Shown: positions 1 to 9,077, counted from the stretch's first letter. The stretch: DNA of 64,000 nucleotides from Solirubrobacteraceae bacterium (GCA_036510225.1 DATCEH010000008.1:15361-79360), one strand, 5' to 3'. Numbers and translations: made by a program. The notes: a model not told the origin generated them from the sequence alone.

Positions 1-1085
1 GCCAGGACGTAGGCCACCATCGCCTCGCCGACGACGCCGGCCGCCGGCACCGTGCACGAGTCGGTCCGCTCCCGCAGGGCTGCCGCCGGCTCGTGCGTCG
101 CGATGTCGACCGACCGCAGCGGCTTGGTCAGCGTCGGCAGGGGCTTCATCGCGGCTCGCGCGATCAGCGGATCCCCGTTCGTCATGCCGCCCTCCAGGCC
201 GCCCGCGTGGTTGGTCTCCCGGTAGAGGCCGCGCTCCTGCGAGTAGAAGATCTCGTCGTGCGCCTCGGACCCCGGCTTCCCAGCCAGGCCGAATCCCTCA
301 CCCAGCCCGACGCCCTTGATCGCCTGGATCGAGCACAGCGCGCCCGCCAGGCGGCCGTCGAGCCGCTCCTCCCACGAGACGTGCGACCCCAGGCCGGGGA
401 TCAGCCCGTACGCCCGGACCTCGAAGACCCCGCCGAGCGACTCGTTTGCCTTGCGCTGGACGTTGATGTGGCCGACCATCTCCTTCGACGCCGTCGCATC
501 CAGACACCGAACCGGCGAGGAGTCGACCTCGACGAAGTCGTCGAGCGCCAGCGGCTCGTCGTAGTCCGGCGCATGCACGCTGCCGATCTGCACGACATGG
601 GAGACGATGTCCACGCCCAGCGCGCGCAGGAACTCCTTCAATACCGCGCCCCCCGCGACTCGGGCGGCCGTCTCCCGGGCGCTGGCCCGCTCGAGGACGT
701 CGCGGACGTCTGACAGCTTGTACTTCTGCGTCCCCGCCAGGTCCGCGTGTCCCGGTCGCGGCAGATGGACCTCGTCGACCGTACCCTCGATCGGCCACGG
801 GCTCATCCGCTCGGCCCAGTTCTTGTAGTCCCGGTTGGCGACCTGCAGGGCGATCGGCCCGCCGAGCGTCCGCCCGTGGCGCACGCCCCCCGTGACCTCC
901 GCCGCATCCCGCTCGATCTTCATCCGCCCGCCCCGACCGTGCCCCAGCTGGCGGCGCGCCATGTCCCGGTTGACCCTGTCGAGGTCGAGCTCGAGGCCGG
1001 CCGGCAGCCCCTCGACGATGCAGGTCAGACCCGGCCCATGGGACTCTCCTGCTGTGATCAAACGGATCGGCTCCACGGCTCGCAA
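1..1085 (-). CDS. aroC: chorismate synthase, partial (C-terminal end lies beyond the left window edge)
   Basis: Not in the supplied ORF track because it runs off the edge. My minus-strand translation from about 1085 reads LRAVEPIRLITAGESHGPGLTCIVEGLPAGLELD...GRGGRMKIERD...MSPWPIEGTVDEVHLPRPGHADLAGTQKYKL...NHAGGLEGGMTNGDPL...RTDSCTVPAAGVVGEAM, which are canonical AroC motifs. Start is TTG at 1085 or GTG at 1076 (uncertain). Confidence 0.9.
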   Translation of the reverse strand, partial: MRAVEPIRLITAGESHGPGLTCIVEGLPAGLELDLDRVNRDMARRQLGHGRGGRMKIERDAAEVTGGVRHGRTLGGPIALQVANRDYKNWAERMSPWPIEGTVDEVHLPRPGHADLAGTQKYKLSDVRDVLERASARETAARVAGGAVLKEFLRALGVDIVSHVVQIGSVHAPDYDEPLALDDFVEVDSSPVRCLDATASKEMVGHINVQRKANESLGGVFEVRAYGLIPGLGSHVSWEERLDGRLAGALCSIQAIKGVGLGEGFGLAGKPGSEAHDEIFYSQERGLYRETNHAGGLEGGMTNGDPLIARAAMKPLPTLTKPLRSVDIATHEPAAALRERTDSCTVPAAGVVGEAMVAYVL

Positions 1086-1208
1086 GGATACGGGACACCT
1101 TCTCGGGCTCCGCGGCGCGCCCGGTTGCGCACTGGCTCCGCGGTGGGACACTCGTCGCCTGGGAGGACCAGCCGCTCGAAAGGCCCACCGGTCTGATCGG
1201 AGAGTCCA

Positions 1209-2525
1209 ATGATGCGATTCGTTGTCGTGGTGTGCGGGATGGCGATGAGCTGGGCTTGGGCGGCTGCGCCAGCTGCCGCCGGCTGGTCCGCTTCGGTGAC
1301 GCTGCACCCCGCGTCCGGCTCAGTCGATCCTTCGGTGACCAACCCGCGAGCCACCGTGGATACCCAGGGCCGCGGGCTCGTCGCATGGTTTGCCTCGCGC
1401 GGGACGACCCTCGACGCGGCGTGCGACGACTGGAATCAGCGGCCGACGCGGACGAGGACAGTCGCCACGCGTCACGTCATCTCCGGAGTGGTTGGACCGG
1501 CGACGGCGTCTGACGGGGACGGCGACGAGGTGGTCGCCTGGGCGCAGACCGATGGGCTCTACGCGGCCGTGCGGTCGCGCGACTCTGCGTGCCTGACTCG
1601 ACCGCGCCGAGTGGTCAAGCTCACGATGAAGGCGAGCGGGTCAGGCGACGTCCACGCCGTTGGAACGGGCCGCGACAGCTTCGTGTTCGTGCTTCGCGCC
1701 AATGGTGCGGTTCTCGCTGTGGCGACCGACGACAATGCGCGTGCCGCGGGCGGGCTGGACGATCTCGGGCGGGGCACGCTATACGTGTCCCGAAGCAGCG
1801 GGGATGATCTGCGCGCCGACGCACGCGGCGACGCGGTTCTGGTCTGGTCGGAGGCAGGATCGCCGCAGCGGCTCGCGGTGAGCGTGCGACCCCCGGGTGG
1901 CGCGTTCGGTGCGCCGCAGTCCCTGCCCGACGCCGGCGCCGCTGACCCGTCGCTTGCTGTCGACGCAGCCGGCGACTACGCCGTCGCGTGGACCGACACC
2001 ACGCGAAGCGGGGAGCTCACCGACTACGGAACGCCGTCGGTCGCAATCGGAACCCAAGACACTCCGCTAGGCCTCGCGATCCGAGCGCCCGCCGCCCAGG
2101 GAAGAGATTCCTACGCCCCACAGGCAGCCTTCCTCGGTTCGCTCCGCCTGGCTGTGCTCTGGCAGGTCAAGACCCGCCCGACGCCGTTCGCGGACACAGG
2201 CAGCGTGGTCGAAGCGACGCTCGATGCAGGCCGCTTCGGAGCGCCTCGCTCTGCCGGATCCGTCGAGGACGCCGACGACCCACAGGTAGCTGCCATGACG
2301 GACCAGCAGGTCCTCGTCCTGTCGACCCGGACCCATCGATTCGCGGCGCAGATCGTCACCCGCGCCGGCATACTCAGGAGCATCGCGCCCCCACACGGCG
2401 TCGCTCTTCAAATCCACGGCGCCGGCGCCGGCGCCGATCGCGATCTCGCGTCGACCGGGCGATACGCAATTGCGACGTGGGCCGCACGGACCGGGATTCA
2501 GGCCAGCATGTATCACCACGCGTGA
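1209..2525 (+). CDS. secreted repeat protein of unknown function
   Basis: 438-aa ORF with an N-terminal hydrophobic signal-like segment (MMRFVVVVCGMAMSWAWAAAPAAAG). It carries recurring D-x-x-G-D/x-A-V-V/L-A/V-W type motifs (GRGLVAWF, GDEVVAWAQ, GDAVLVWSE, GDYAVAWTD), suggesting a repeated beta-propeller-like unit. No family recognised. Confidence 0.6.
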   Translation: MMRFVVVVCGMAMSWAWAAAPAAAGWSASVTLHPASGSVDPSVTNPRATVDTQGRGLVAWFASRGTTLDAACDDWNQRPTRTRTVATRHVISGVVGPATASDGDGDEVVAWAQTDGLYAAVRSRDSACLTRPRRVVKLTMKASGSGDVHAVGTGRDSFVFVLRANGAVLAVATDDNARAAGGLDDLGRGTLYVSRSSGDDLRADARGDAVLVWSEAGSPQRLAVSVRPPGGAFGAPQSLPDAGAADPSLAVDAAGDYAVAWTDTTRSGELTDYGTPSVAIGTQDTPLGLAIRAPAAQGRDSYAPQAAFLGSLRLAVLWQVKTRPTPFADTGSVVEATLDAGRFGAPRSAGSVEDADDPQVAAMTDQQVLVLSTRTHRFAAQIVTRAGILRSIAPPHGVALQIHGAGAGADRDLASTGRYAIATWAARTGIQASMYHHA

Positions 2526-2542
2526 ACCGTCGACGAGGAGCT

Positions 2543-2932
2543 TTACCGCGCTTCGGCGGCGGTGGTCTCGCTGCGATGAAGGTCGATCCACGCTTCGATC
2601 TCGTCCGGGTACGCGGCGCGGTACGCAAGTGCTGCGTCGATCTGCGGGCGGGTGACTGTCCCGTCTGACACGAGCTCGGCGGCCGGGTCCGCGACCGCTC
2701 CGAGGTCGTCGATCCACATGGCGACCTCCCACACGTCGGGGCCTGCGATCAGTCCCGCGCGGCGGCCGGTCGGTCCGTCGCGGAAGGTGATCATCGGGTA
2801 CTCGTCTCGCCGCGCGCCCTCTTCGGCGTAGCGGCGCAGACGGCTGGACATGCTCTCGCCGGCTGCGCCGGCACGGAGGCGTAGCCGTTCAGCGAGGTGG
2901 TCATCGAGTCGCACGGAGATATTCACGGACAT
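2543..2932 (-). CDS. ribbon-helix-helix plus DUF433-like putative antitoxin/DNA-binding protein
   Basis: The ORF track gives 2543..2956. The likely start is the internal MSVNISVRLDDHLAERLRLRA (CopG/RHH-like beta-strand plus helix). The C-terminal part, ITFRDGPTGRRAGLIAGPDVWEV...VTRPQIDAALAYRAAYPDEIEAWI, resembles DUF433. No cognate toxin is adjacent. Confidence 0.5.
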   Translation of the reverse strand: MSVNISVRLDDHLAERLRLRAGAAGESMSSRLRRYAEEGARRDEYPMITFRDGPTGRRAGLIAGPDVWEVAMWIDDLGAVADPAAELVSDGTVTRPQIDAALAYRAAYPDEIEAWIDLHRSETTAAEAR

Positions 2933-2944
2933 CACTACAGCGTG

Positions 2945-3262
2945 GCACGTTGTCACCCGGGGGGGTCAGGGAGACGTGGCAGTTCTTCCTGCTCGGCAGG
3001 CAGACGCCGGGCCCGACGCCACAAGTCCGGGGTTGATGACAAAGTCCCCGGGCCCGGCCGCTCTTCGCGACACCGAGGTACTCGGCGAGCTGGTCCGCGA
3101 CCGACGGGACCGGACTGAGGCGCGCGAGGTTCGAGAGGCTCCTGTGCCGGTCGCGTCGCCGACCTTGACGTCGACCCCATAGCTGTCGACACTCCGCGGC
3201 GCCGCCAGCTGGGCGACTGGCGCCCCGGCCGGGCTCGGCGTCGAGCTGACCGCACGTCTCAT
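2945..3262 (-). pseudogene. degraded paralog fragment of the pilus-operon gene at 5413..6405 (region equivalent to residues about 146-242)
   Basis: Two minus-strand frames alternately match the 5413..6405 product. STPSPAGAPVAQLAAPRSVDSYGVDVKVGDATG matches STPSTAGAPVAQLAKLRSVDSYAVDVRVQDATG. LSNLARLSPVPSVADQLAEYLGVAKSGRA matches LRNLADLERLSPVPSDTNALAEYLGVAKSGRA. DFVINPGLVASGP matches DFVLNKGTVVTGP. GPGVCLPSRKNCHV matches GPGACLPSASNCQV. At least three frame switches are needed. The nucleotide sequences 3033-3260 and 5700-5970 are alignable by eye. Confidence 0.7.
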
Positions 3263-3821
3263 CGACGTAGACGGGTAATGGCATCGCGCGTCTGGAGCAT
3301 CTCAGCGCCAGCGGCGAGGGCGTCCAGGATCTGGGCGGGCGTCATTGGTGGGCGTCGGTAGCGGGCCGCAAGGCTCGCCAGGGCAGCGAGGACCGCGTCC
3401 GGGGCTTCGACCGCTAGCCGGTAGACAAAGGCGTCTGGATGTTGAATGTCGACCGTGTGCTCCCGGACGACGGGATGGTCGAAGTCGCGGATGTTGGAGG
3501 TCACGATGACTTGCGCACCGCTGTGAATCGCGGCAGCGAGGACATGGCGGTCGTCGGGATCGGGGAGCTCGAGCAATTCCGCGAGCGCCTGATGCCCGTC
3601 TACGAGCGCGTCGGGAAGAGCGCGCTCGATCAGGCGACGCGTGCGGTCGAGCAGTGCCCCATTGAGGTCGGGGCGGTTCTCGCGCAGATTGCGAAAGACC
3701 TCATCGAGTATCTCGGCGGAATAGCGGCGCGAAACCCGCCAGTGCGCGCGAGCTCGAGCATGAAGTCGCGCGGGACCTGCCCGTAGAGGACGTTCGCATC
3801 ATAGACCGCGACAAGCCGCAT
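3259..3821 (-). pseudogene. PIN-domain toxin gene interrupted by a single frameshift
   Basis: ORF 3630..3821 begins MRLVAVYDANVLYGQVPRDFMLELARTGGFRA, then turns to nonsense. Shifting one frame near 3722-3730 gives YSAEILDEVFRNLRENRPDLNGALLDRTRRLIERALPDALVDGHQALAELLELPDPDDRHVLAAAIHSGAQVIVTSNIRDF, which continues into ORF 3259..3576. Together these form a complete PIN-like protein with the D...D...T/SxD acidic pattern. Confidence 0.75.
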
Positions 3822-3844
3822 CGGCGCGACTATCGCGCACCCAT

Positions 3845-4291
3845 TCAGATCCTGTGCTCTTGGCCGATCCCGGCGAGTTCCGTGAGGACTGCATCGCGGT
3901 CGGCATCGTCGCGGCGCTTGTGGGCAACGAGGTCGCCGAGCAAGATGCGGCGGTGTGTGCCGACCTTCCTCGCTGGCAGCCGTCGCTCATCGATCAGCTT
4001 GAGGATGTAGGGGCGCGACACGTTGAGAAGGTCCGCGGCCTGCTGGGTGCTGAGCTCGGCCCGCTCGGCGAAGACCGTAACCGCCTCGCCGTCGCCGAGT
4101 TGCTCCAGAACCTCGACGATCAGCGCGAGCGCCGCACGCGGAACGACGATACTCGCGCCCTCGCTCACGCGCAGCTCCAGGTCGCGGCGTTTGGAATTCT
4201 GCTCGAGCACTCCGGCGAGGATCCTCGCGGCGGTGCTCGCGGCTTCAGTCTCGGCGGGCGCGAGTGTCGTGGGCGTAGTTCGGTTGGCCAT
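3845..4291 (-). CDS. helix-turn-helix (excisionase/MerR-like) antitoxin partner of the PIN gene
   Basis: Within ORF 3845..4597 the credible start is ATG at 4291 (MANRTTPTTLAPAE...). The C-terminal LSTQQAADLLNVSRPYILKLIDERRLPARKVGTHRRILLGDLVAHKRR is an excisionase-family HTH. It sits immediately upstream of the PIN gene. Confidence 0.75.
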   Translation of the reverse strand: MANRTTPTTLAPAETEAASTAARILAGVLEQNSKRRDLELRVSEGASIVVPRAALALIVEVLEQLGDGEAVTVFAERAELSTQQAADLLNVSRPYILKLIDERRLPARKVGTHRRILLGDLVAHKRRDDADRDAVLTELAGIGQEHRI

Positions 4292-4964
4292 TTGATCCAA
4301 ACGAAATGATCGAAACAAGCGAAATAAGCGTAGCATGACGCATCGACTGGTCGCAACCCATCCCGCGGACACGGCGCAGAATGCGGCAAGGACAACGGGT
4401 TCAGCCGCGCGGTCCAAAGGCATACGCCGTAGCCAGCGAGACCACCGCCGCCCGACGCCGATCACCGGACGTGGCACGGTGCCAGCAACTTCTCGCGACG
4501 GCTCCAGGCGCATGAGATCCACAGCAGCAGCATGACGAGGCACCAACCCAGCCCAAACGCGAAGCCTCCCCCCGGGAGCAGCTCGATCACGACCCACTCG
4601 AGGATTCCGCCCCTTGTCGGACGAAGCGCCGGTCTCGCGTGGCTCCTGCGGCGATGGCGCCCGCCGCAGCGATGAATCCGATCGTGGCGACCCCCAGATA
4701 TCCCCAGTCGTACGTGCGGATCCGATGGTTGCTCGTCGGGTCAGCGACCGTCTCGGCGCCGATCAGGCCGCCGAGGAGCAGAAGAAGAGCGACAAGGGTG
4801 TTTGCTGTGTGGCTTCGCTCATCCGGCGGCCGTCCCCGGCGTGGACCGGGAGTCCGCGAACCACGCGGACCGCGTCCTGGACGTGGCTGCGGCGCCGCAC
4901 AGCTTCCCCGCCAGCACGACGAATGCCAGCGAGCGCAGCCGGCGGGTCGTAGTCTGAGTGACCG

Positions 4965-5330
4965 GTGAGAGCGCGAGTCCTTTCGCTCGCGACGACCGTA
5001 ATAGTGGCGGTCGCCGGATGCGGCGGGTCGTCCCCGCAGGTGACGCGATCCGGCCCGGGTGTCGCGCGGACCATGCGTGCAACGAGTCCGCTTCCATGCC
5101 CGCGAACGGCAATCGACAATAGCAGCGCTGTCGGCTCGCCCTTCGATGCTCGGACGCTGCTGGGGATGTCGGAGGTCTCGGCATCGGCTCTGGCGACACG
5201 GGACGGATGCACGGTACGTGTTGTGCGTCGCGACGGGAAGGCGGCTCCGCTCACGGCTGACCTGAAGGTCAATCGCATCAACGTCGAGATCTCAGCGAAC
5301 CGAGTGATCGCCGTGGACTCTGTGAGCTGA
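4965..5330 (+). CDS. lipoprotein with peptidase-inhibitor I78-like C-terminal domain
   Basis: Signal peptide plus lipobox (LSLATTVIVAVAGCGG). The C-terminal GCTVRVVRRDGKAAPLTADLKVNRINVEISANRVIAVDSVS resembles the I78 inhibitor family pattern (R-v-i-x-x-g-x-x-x-T-x-D-x-x-x-x-R-l-N-v-x-v-d). Confidence 0.65.
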   Translation: MRARVLSLATTVIVAVAGCGGSSPQVTRSGPGVARTMRATSPLPCPRTAIDNSSAVGSPFDARTLLGMSEVSASALATRDGCTVRVVRRDGKAAPLTADLKVNRINVEISANRVIAVDSVS

Positions 5331-5345
5331 CGGATCAGAGATGCG

Positions 5346-5376
5346 CTGGAGCCGGCCATCGAATGGCCGGCTCCAG
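5346..5376. terminator. strong hairpin between convergent genes
   Basis: CTGGAGCCGGCCAT-cga-ATGGCCGGCTCCAG gives a perfect 14-bp stem with a 3-nt loop. It lies between the stop of 4965..5330 (+) and the stop of 5413..6405 (-). No clear U-tract on either side. Confidence 0.6.
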
Positions 5377-5412
5377 ATGTAACTCCGTTATGCGGTGGCA
5401 CTGCCACGCCGA

Positions 5413-6405
5413 CTACCTGCCGTTGTTGAGGAGTCCCGCCACCGTGTTGCCGAGGTTCCCCAGCAGGCTGACGACGCCCTGGGCGACCGAGTAGACGAGC
5501 TGGTCGAGCGCCGGCTGCGGCGTCGCCAGCATCAGCTGCCGGCCGGTCTTGCTCTCCTGGCGGCGGGCCGTCGCTGCTGCCGCTGGCGTCGAGTGGCCGA
5601 CGACGCCCCAGTTGGTCACCGTGACGATCCCCTGGAAGATCGGTCCGGCCGCGGAGCTCGCGAGGAGCGCCTCGATCTGACCGGGCTTCAGCTCGACGAC
5701 CTGACAGTTGGATGCGCTCGGCAGGCACGCACCCGGGCCCGTCACGACGGTTCCCTTGTTGAGGACGAAGTCGGCGGCCCGGCCGCTCTTCGCCACCCCG
5801 AGGTACTCGGCCAGCGCGTTCGTATCCGACGGCACCGGGCTCAACCGCTCGAGATCCGCGAGGTTCCGCAGGCCTGTCGCGTCCTGCACCCTGACGTCGA
5901 CCGCGTAGCTGTCGACGCTGCGCAGCTTCGCCAGCTGGGCGACCGGCGCGCCAGCCGTGCTCGGCGTCGACGTGACCGGCTTCGGCGTGGTCACCTTCGC
6001 CGGCGTCGTCTTCTTCGGGGTCGTCTTGGTCGTCGTCTTGGTTGTCGTGGTCGTCTTCGGAGTGGCCGCGGTCGACTTCGAGGTGACCGCGGCAGTCGTC
6101 GTCTTGGCAGCCGTCGTGGTCACGTCCGCCGACGCCCGGAACGGGTTGAGCTCCGGCTTGGTGTAGTGCTTCGCCTTCGGCGTGTTCGGTCCGGCGACGT
6201 CCTCCAGCGCCTTCGCCGGGGATGGCGTCCCCGCCGGTAGGCTGATCGTCCTGCCCGGGCTCACCGGAGCCGGCTTGGACGATCCTCCGCCCGAGAACAC
6301 CGATGCCCCGAGGGGAATCGCGATCGCGAGCGCCACCAGGACGACCACGACCGGGAGGAGGCGTTTGTCAACGAGATCAGCAGCTATGGATCGTAGGAAT
6401 TTCAT
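5413..6405 (-). CDS. membrane-anchored protein with Thr/Lys/Pro-rich linker; last gene of the pilD-pilMNO operon, function unknown
   Basis: 330-aa ORF starting 10 nt after the pilO stop. One N-terminal TM helix (LLPVVVVLVALAIAIPL). A low-complexity linker follows (TTTAAKTTTAAVTSKSTAATPKTTTTTKTTTKTTPKKTTPAKVTTPKPVTSTPS), then a globular C-terminal domain. No family recognised. Confidence 0.8.
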   Translation of the reverse strand: MKFLRSIAADLVDKRLLPVVVVLVALAIAIPLGASVFSGGGSSKPAPVSPGRTISLPAGTPSPAKALEDVAGPNTPKAKHYTKPELNPFRASADVTTTAAKTTTAAVTSKSTAATPKTTTTTKTTTKTTPKKTTPAKVTTPKPVTSTPSTAGAPVAQLAKLRSVDSYAVDVRVQDATGLRNLADLERLSPVPSDTNALAEYLGVAKSGRAADFVLNKGTVVTGPGACLPSASNCQVVELKPGQIEALLASSAAGPIFQGIVTVTNWGVVGHSTPAAAATARRQESKTGRQLMLATPQPALDQLVYSVAQGVVSLLGNLGNTVAGLLNNGR

Positions 6406-6415
6406 CCCAGGAACC

Positions 6416-7090
6416 TCAGGAGGTCGGCGTCGCCGTCGACGCGGTGGTCGGGGTGGTTGCCCCCAGCGTTGCCGCTGGCTGGCTGTAGGCAGTGGCCGTC
6501 ACTGCGGCCTGAGCTGACCCGGATACCGGCGTCAGGCTGACCGACTGGATGCTCAGCAGACGCCCGTGGGCGACCACGTTGTTCCCATCGACCAGGGTGT
6601 AGTTGTCGATCGAGTGAATGAAGTGCTGCAGGGCGATGTAGCCCCCGTCAAACGTGAACGTGAAGCTGACCGGCGTCAGGACGGCGGCCGTCGGCCCCGC
6701 TGCCCCCGTCGTCCCCGTCGTCGGTGTGACGCTGGCGACCGGTGTCGCCGCGGCAGCTGGTGCAGCGACGTTGATCACCTGGAAGTCGATCCGCTTGTAG
6801 TGAGAGGTCTTGTCGAGCGCCACAAGCAGCTTCGGCACTCCGCTCGTCGACGGAACAGCCTTGTAGAGCTGCTTGACGACCTGCAGGTTCTGCGGGTAGC
6901 CGCTCTCCGCCGCCTGGCCCTGTGCGACCTGGGCCTGGGCGGATGCGAGCTGGGCATTCTGGGCGGTGACCGCCGTGCCGAGCTTCGCGGCGTCATGGCG
7001 CTTCGGGCTGACGAGCGCCAGCCAGAATGCGGCGAGCACGGCGGCGGCCACGAGGGCACATGCGACTAGTCGGTCCCTGGTGGTCATCAC
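6416..7090 (-). CDS. pilO: type IV pilus assembly protein PilO-like
   Basis: Its start (GTG 7090 / ATG 7087) overlaps the pilN stop. It has an N-terminal TM helix and a coiled-coil segment (AKLGTAVTAQNAQLASAQAQVAQGQAAE), followed by a C-terminal alpha/beta domain. Position after pilM-pilN supports the call. Confidence 0.7.
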   Translation of the reverse strand: MMTTRDRLVACALVAAAVLAAFWLALVSPKRHDAAKLGTAVTAQNAQLASAQAQVAQGQAAESGYPQNLQVVKQLYKAVPSTSGVPKLLVALDKTSHYKRIDFQVINVAAPAAAATPVASVTPTTGTTGAAGPTAAVLTPVSFTFTFDGGYIALQHFIHSIDNYTLVDGNNVVAHGRLLSIQSVSLTPVSGSAQAAVTATAYSQPAATLGATTPTTASTATPTS

Positions 7091-7794
7091 TTGCTCCCTG
7101 AGGTTGTCGATGGCACGGAGGCGGTGATCGGCGTGACGTCGCCCGCTCCCGCGGCATATATGAGGGTTGCGTTGAACGTGGCGCCCTTGCAGCCGGCAGC
7201 ACCGGACGTGCTTGTGGCGCCGGATGCTCCGGCACTCGGTGCGGCCTTCGTCGACGACGCCAGCGACACCGTCGAGACGCCGGCGACCCGGTTGAGGTCG
7301 ACCAGAACCGTCGCCACCTCACTGTGTGAGGTCGCGCACCCGGTCAGGGCAACCGACGGTCCGGGGGTTGCGGCGACCGGAACGCCCGGCGTTGGCGCCG
7401 CCGGCGCCACTGCCGCAGGGGACGTGCCGGACATCGAGTTCAGCGTGACGTCGGTCGGCAGCGACCGTGCGATCTGGTCCATCGAGTCGGACCAGTCGAA
7501 GCGGGACGACGCCAGCGCGGTGATCGCCTGCTGGCGCTGCTGGCGGATCGTCGCGAACTGGACGTACGGGTCCAGTGCCGCGGCCTGCGCCTGGGTATTG
7601 CTCGTCTCGGCCGTGACCTGCGTCAGCTTCGACTGCCGGGACGAGACCTGGCCGATCGAGATCGCGTAGAAGACGGCCATCAGCACGAAGACTGCGAGCG
7701 CACCGACGACGACGTAGGAGGCACCGCCGGCACGACCGGCGAGACCACCCGCGCCGCGGCGCTGCTCGGCGGGGATCAGGTTGATGGATCTCAC
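7087..7794 (-). CDS. pilN: type IV pilus assembly protein PilN
   Basis: The true start is GTG 7794, preceded by GAGGAGG and overlapping the pilM stop (GTGA). The N-terminus VRSINLIPAEQRR carries the conserved INLLP-type PilM-binding motif, followed by a TM helix (YVVVGALAVFVLMAVFYAI). The track ORF 7087..7962 extends spuriously upstream. Confidence 0.85.
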   Translation of the reverse strand: MRSINLIPAEQRRGAGGLAGRAGGASYVVVGALAVFVLMAVFYAISIGQVSSRQSKLTQVTAETSNTQAQAAALDPYVQFATIRQQRQQAITALASSRFDWSDSMDQIARSLPTDVTLNSMSGTSPAAVAPAAPTPGVPVAATPGPSVALTGCATSHSEVATVLVDLNRVAGVSTVSLASSTKAAPSAGASGATSTSGAAGCKGATFNATLIYAAGAGDVTPITASVPSTTSGSK

Positions 7795-9077
7795 GACGTA
7801 GCCTCCTCGATGGCCAGTCCGGCGGCCACGATCAGACGACTGGCCGGGACGCCGCCAGTCGCTTCTGGGTTGATCTGTGCAACGGATCCGACGCTGACCG
7901 GCATCCGCATCGCGGCCCCGAGTGCGTCGGTGAAGCCCGGGATGTCGACCGCCGGACCGCACAGGACGGCCCGTCCGACGTCGGTCTGGGCGCCCTGCGA
8001 GCTGTAGAAGTCGAGCGAGTTACGCACCTCCGCGGCGATCCGGTTGACACCCTCGGTCACCGCCGCCTGGACCATCGCCTGCTGGTCAGAGGCGTCCGGC
8101 CCGGGGCCGGTCGACTCGCCGTCGCGGTCCTCCACGACCGGGTTGACCCGGCTGACCTCACCGATCAGGGCGCGAGCCCGATCGAGCGGGACCTGGCAGC
8201 GCTCGGCAACGTCGCCGACGATCTCGTCGAGGCCGCCGCCGATCACTCTTGTGAAGCGGCAGACCCGGCCTTCGGCGATCGCCAGGTTCGTCAGGCCGCC
8301 GATCGACAGGTACAGCACCCGCTCGGCGGAGATCGCCCCTGCAGGCGCGAGGGCGCGGATCATCGCGAAGGCCGACAGATCGACGCCCTCCGGACGGAGC
8401 CCGGCGCCGCGGGCGGCGGCGAGGACCCTCTCGACCATGTCGCGCCTGGCCGCGACCAGCACGACCTGCTGACGCGGTCCGTTCGGAGTGTCGACAACAC
8501 CCAGGGAGTGATGGTCGAGGACGACGCTGTCCAGCGGCATCGGGATCTCGTCCTGTGCCTGGAAGCGGACCGCCGTGGCGAGCTCCTTCGGATCTGCGAT
8601 CGGCGGGAGCTCGAGCATGCGAACGACGATCCGCTGGTTGGCGACGCCGATCCGTACGCGAGTGTCGAGACCGCTGGACTCGAACAGCTGGGCCAGCGCG
8701 GCGCTCAGCGTGTCGACATCGGTCACCTCGCCGTCCCGCATCACACCGGGAGGCAGTGGCATACCGACCGCGCGCTCGATCTGGAGTCCACCGGCGACGC
8801 TGACCTGCGCGGCGACGATCTGTCCAGGCTCGATGTCGAGTCCGACCAACGGGCGGCCGGTTCGGCGGTTGTTCGAAGGCCCGCGCCGGATCGCCGGAAG
8901 CGAGCGCCGCGAGCCCGAGGAGGACCGCACGCTGGGTAGCGACGGCCGCTTGAGCTTGATGGGTTGGCTTAGACGGTTGGGCATCTTCCGGTTTCTTTTC
9001 TCGGGGCGTCCGGGAGGGTCGCCTTCCGGACCTTCATCGGCGCCTTTTCCGCCACGCATTAGCCCGCCACTAGACAT
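7791..9077 (-). CDS. pilM: type IV pilus assembly ATPase-like protein PilM (actin-like fold) with basic Ser/Arg-rich N-terminal extension
   Basis: The C-terminal roughly 350 aa of track ORF 7791..9899 read LVGLDIEPGQIVAAQV...RIGVANQRIVVRMLELP...AVRFQAQDEIPMPLDSVVLDH...VDLSAFAMIRAL...YLSIGGLTNLAIAEG...GGGLDEIVGDVA, typical of PilM. Start is ATG 9077 or ATG 8984. The rest of the 702-aa ORF is a read-through shadow over pilD. Confidence 0.9.
   Translation of the reverse strand: MSSGGLMRGGKGADEGPEGDPPGRPEKRNRKMPNRLSQPIKLKRPSLPSVRSSSGSRRSLPAIRRGPSNNRRTGRPLVGLDIEPGQIVAAQVSVAGGLQIERAVGMPLPPGVMRDGEVTDVDTLSAALAQLFESSGLDTRVRIGVANQRIVVRMLELPPIADPKELATAVRFQAQDEIPMPLDSVVLDHHSLGVVDTPNGPRQQVVLVAARRDMVERVLAAARGAGLRPEGVDLSAFAMIRALAPAGAISAERVLYLSIGGLTNLAIAEGRVCRFTRVIGGGLDEIVGDVAERCQVPLDRARALIGEVSRVNPVVEDRDGESTGPGPDASDQQAMVQAAVTEGVNRIAAEVRNSLDFYSSQGAQTDVGRAVLCGPAVDIPGFTDALGAAMRMPVSVGSVAQINPEATGGVPASRLIVAAGLAIEEATS

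Noticed and set aside
298-1386. 362-aa minus-strand ORF and the 206-aa plus-strand ORF (93..713) overlapping the aroC region
   Set aside because: Their composition is dominated by Arg/Pro/Gly/Ala, typical of out-of-frame reading of GC-rich coding DNA. A third frame on the minus strand gives an unambiguous chorismate synthase.
5957-6166. 69-aa plus-strand ORF of Val/Phe/Gly repeats (MLGVDVTGFGVVTFAGVVFFGVVLVVVLVVVVVFG...)
   Set aside because: It is the antisense reading of the Thr/Lys-rich low-complexity linker of the 5413..6405 gene, not an independent hydrophobic peptide gene.
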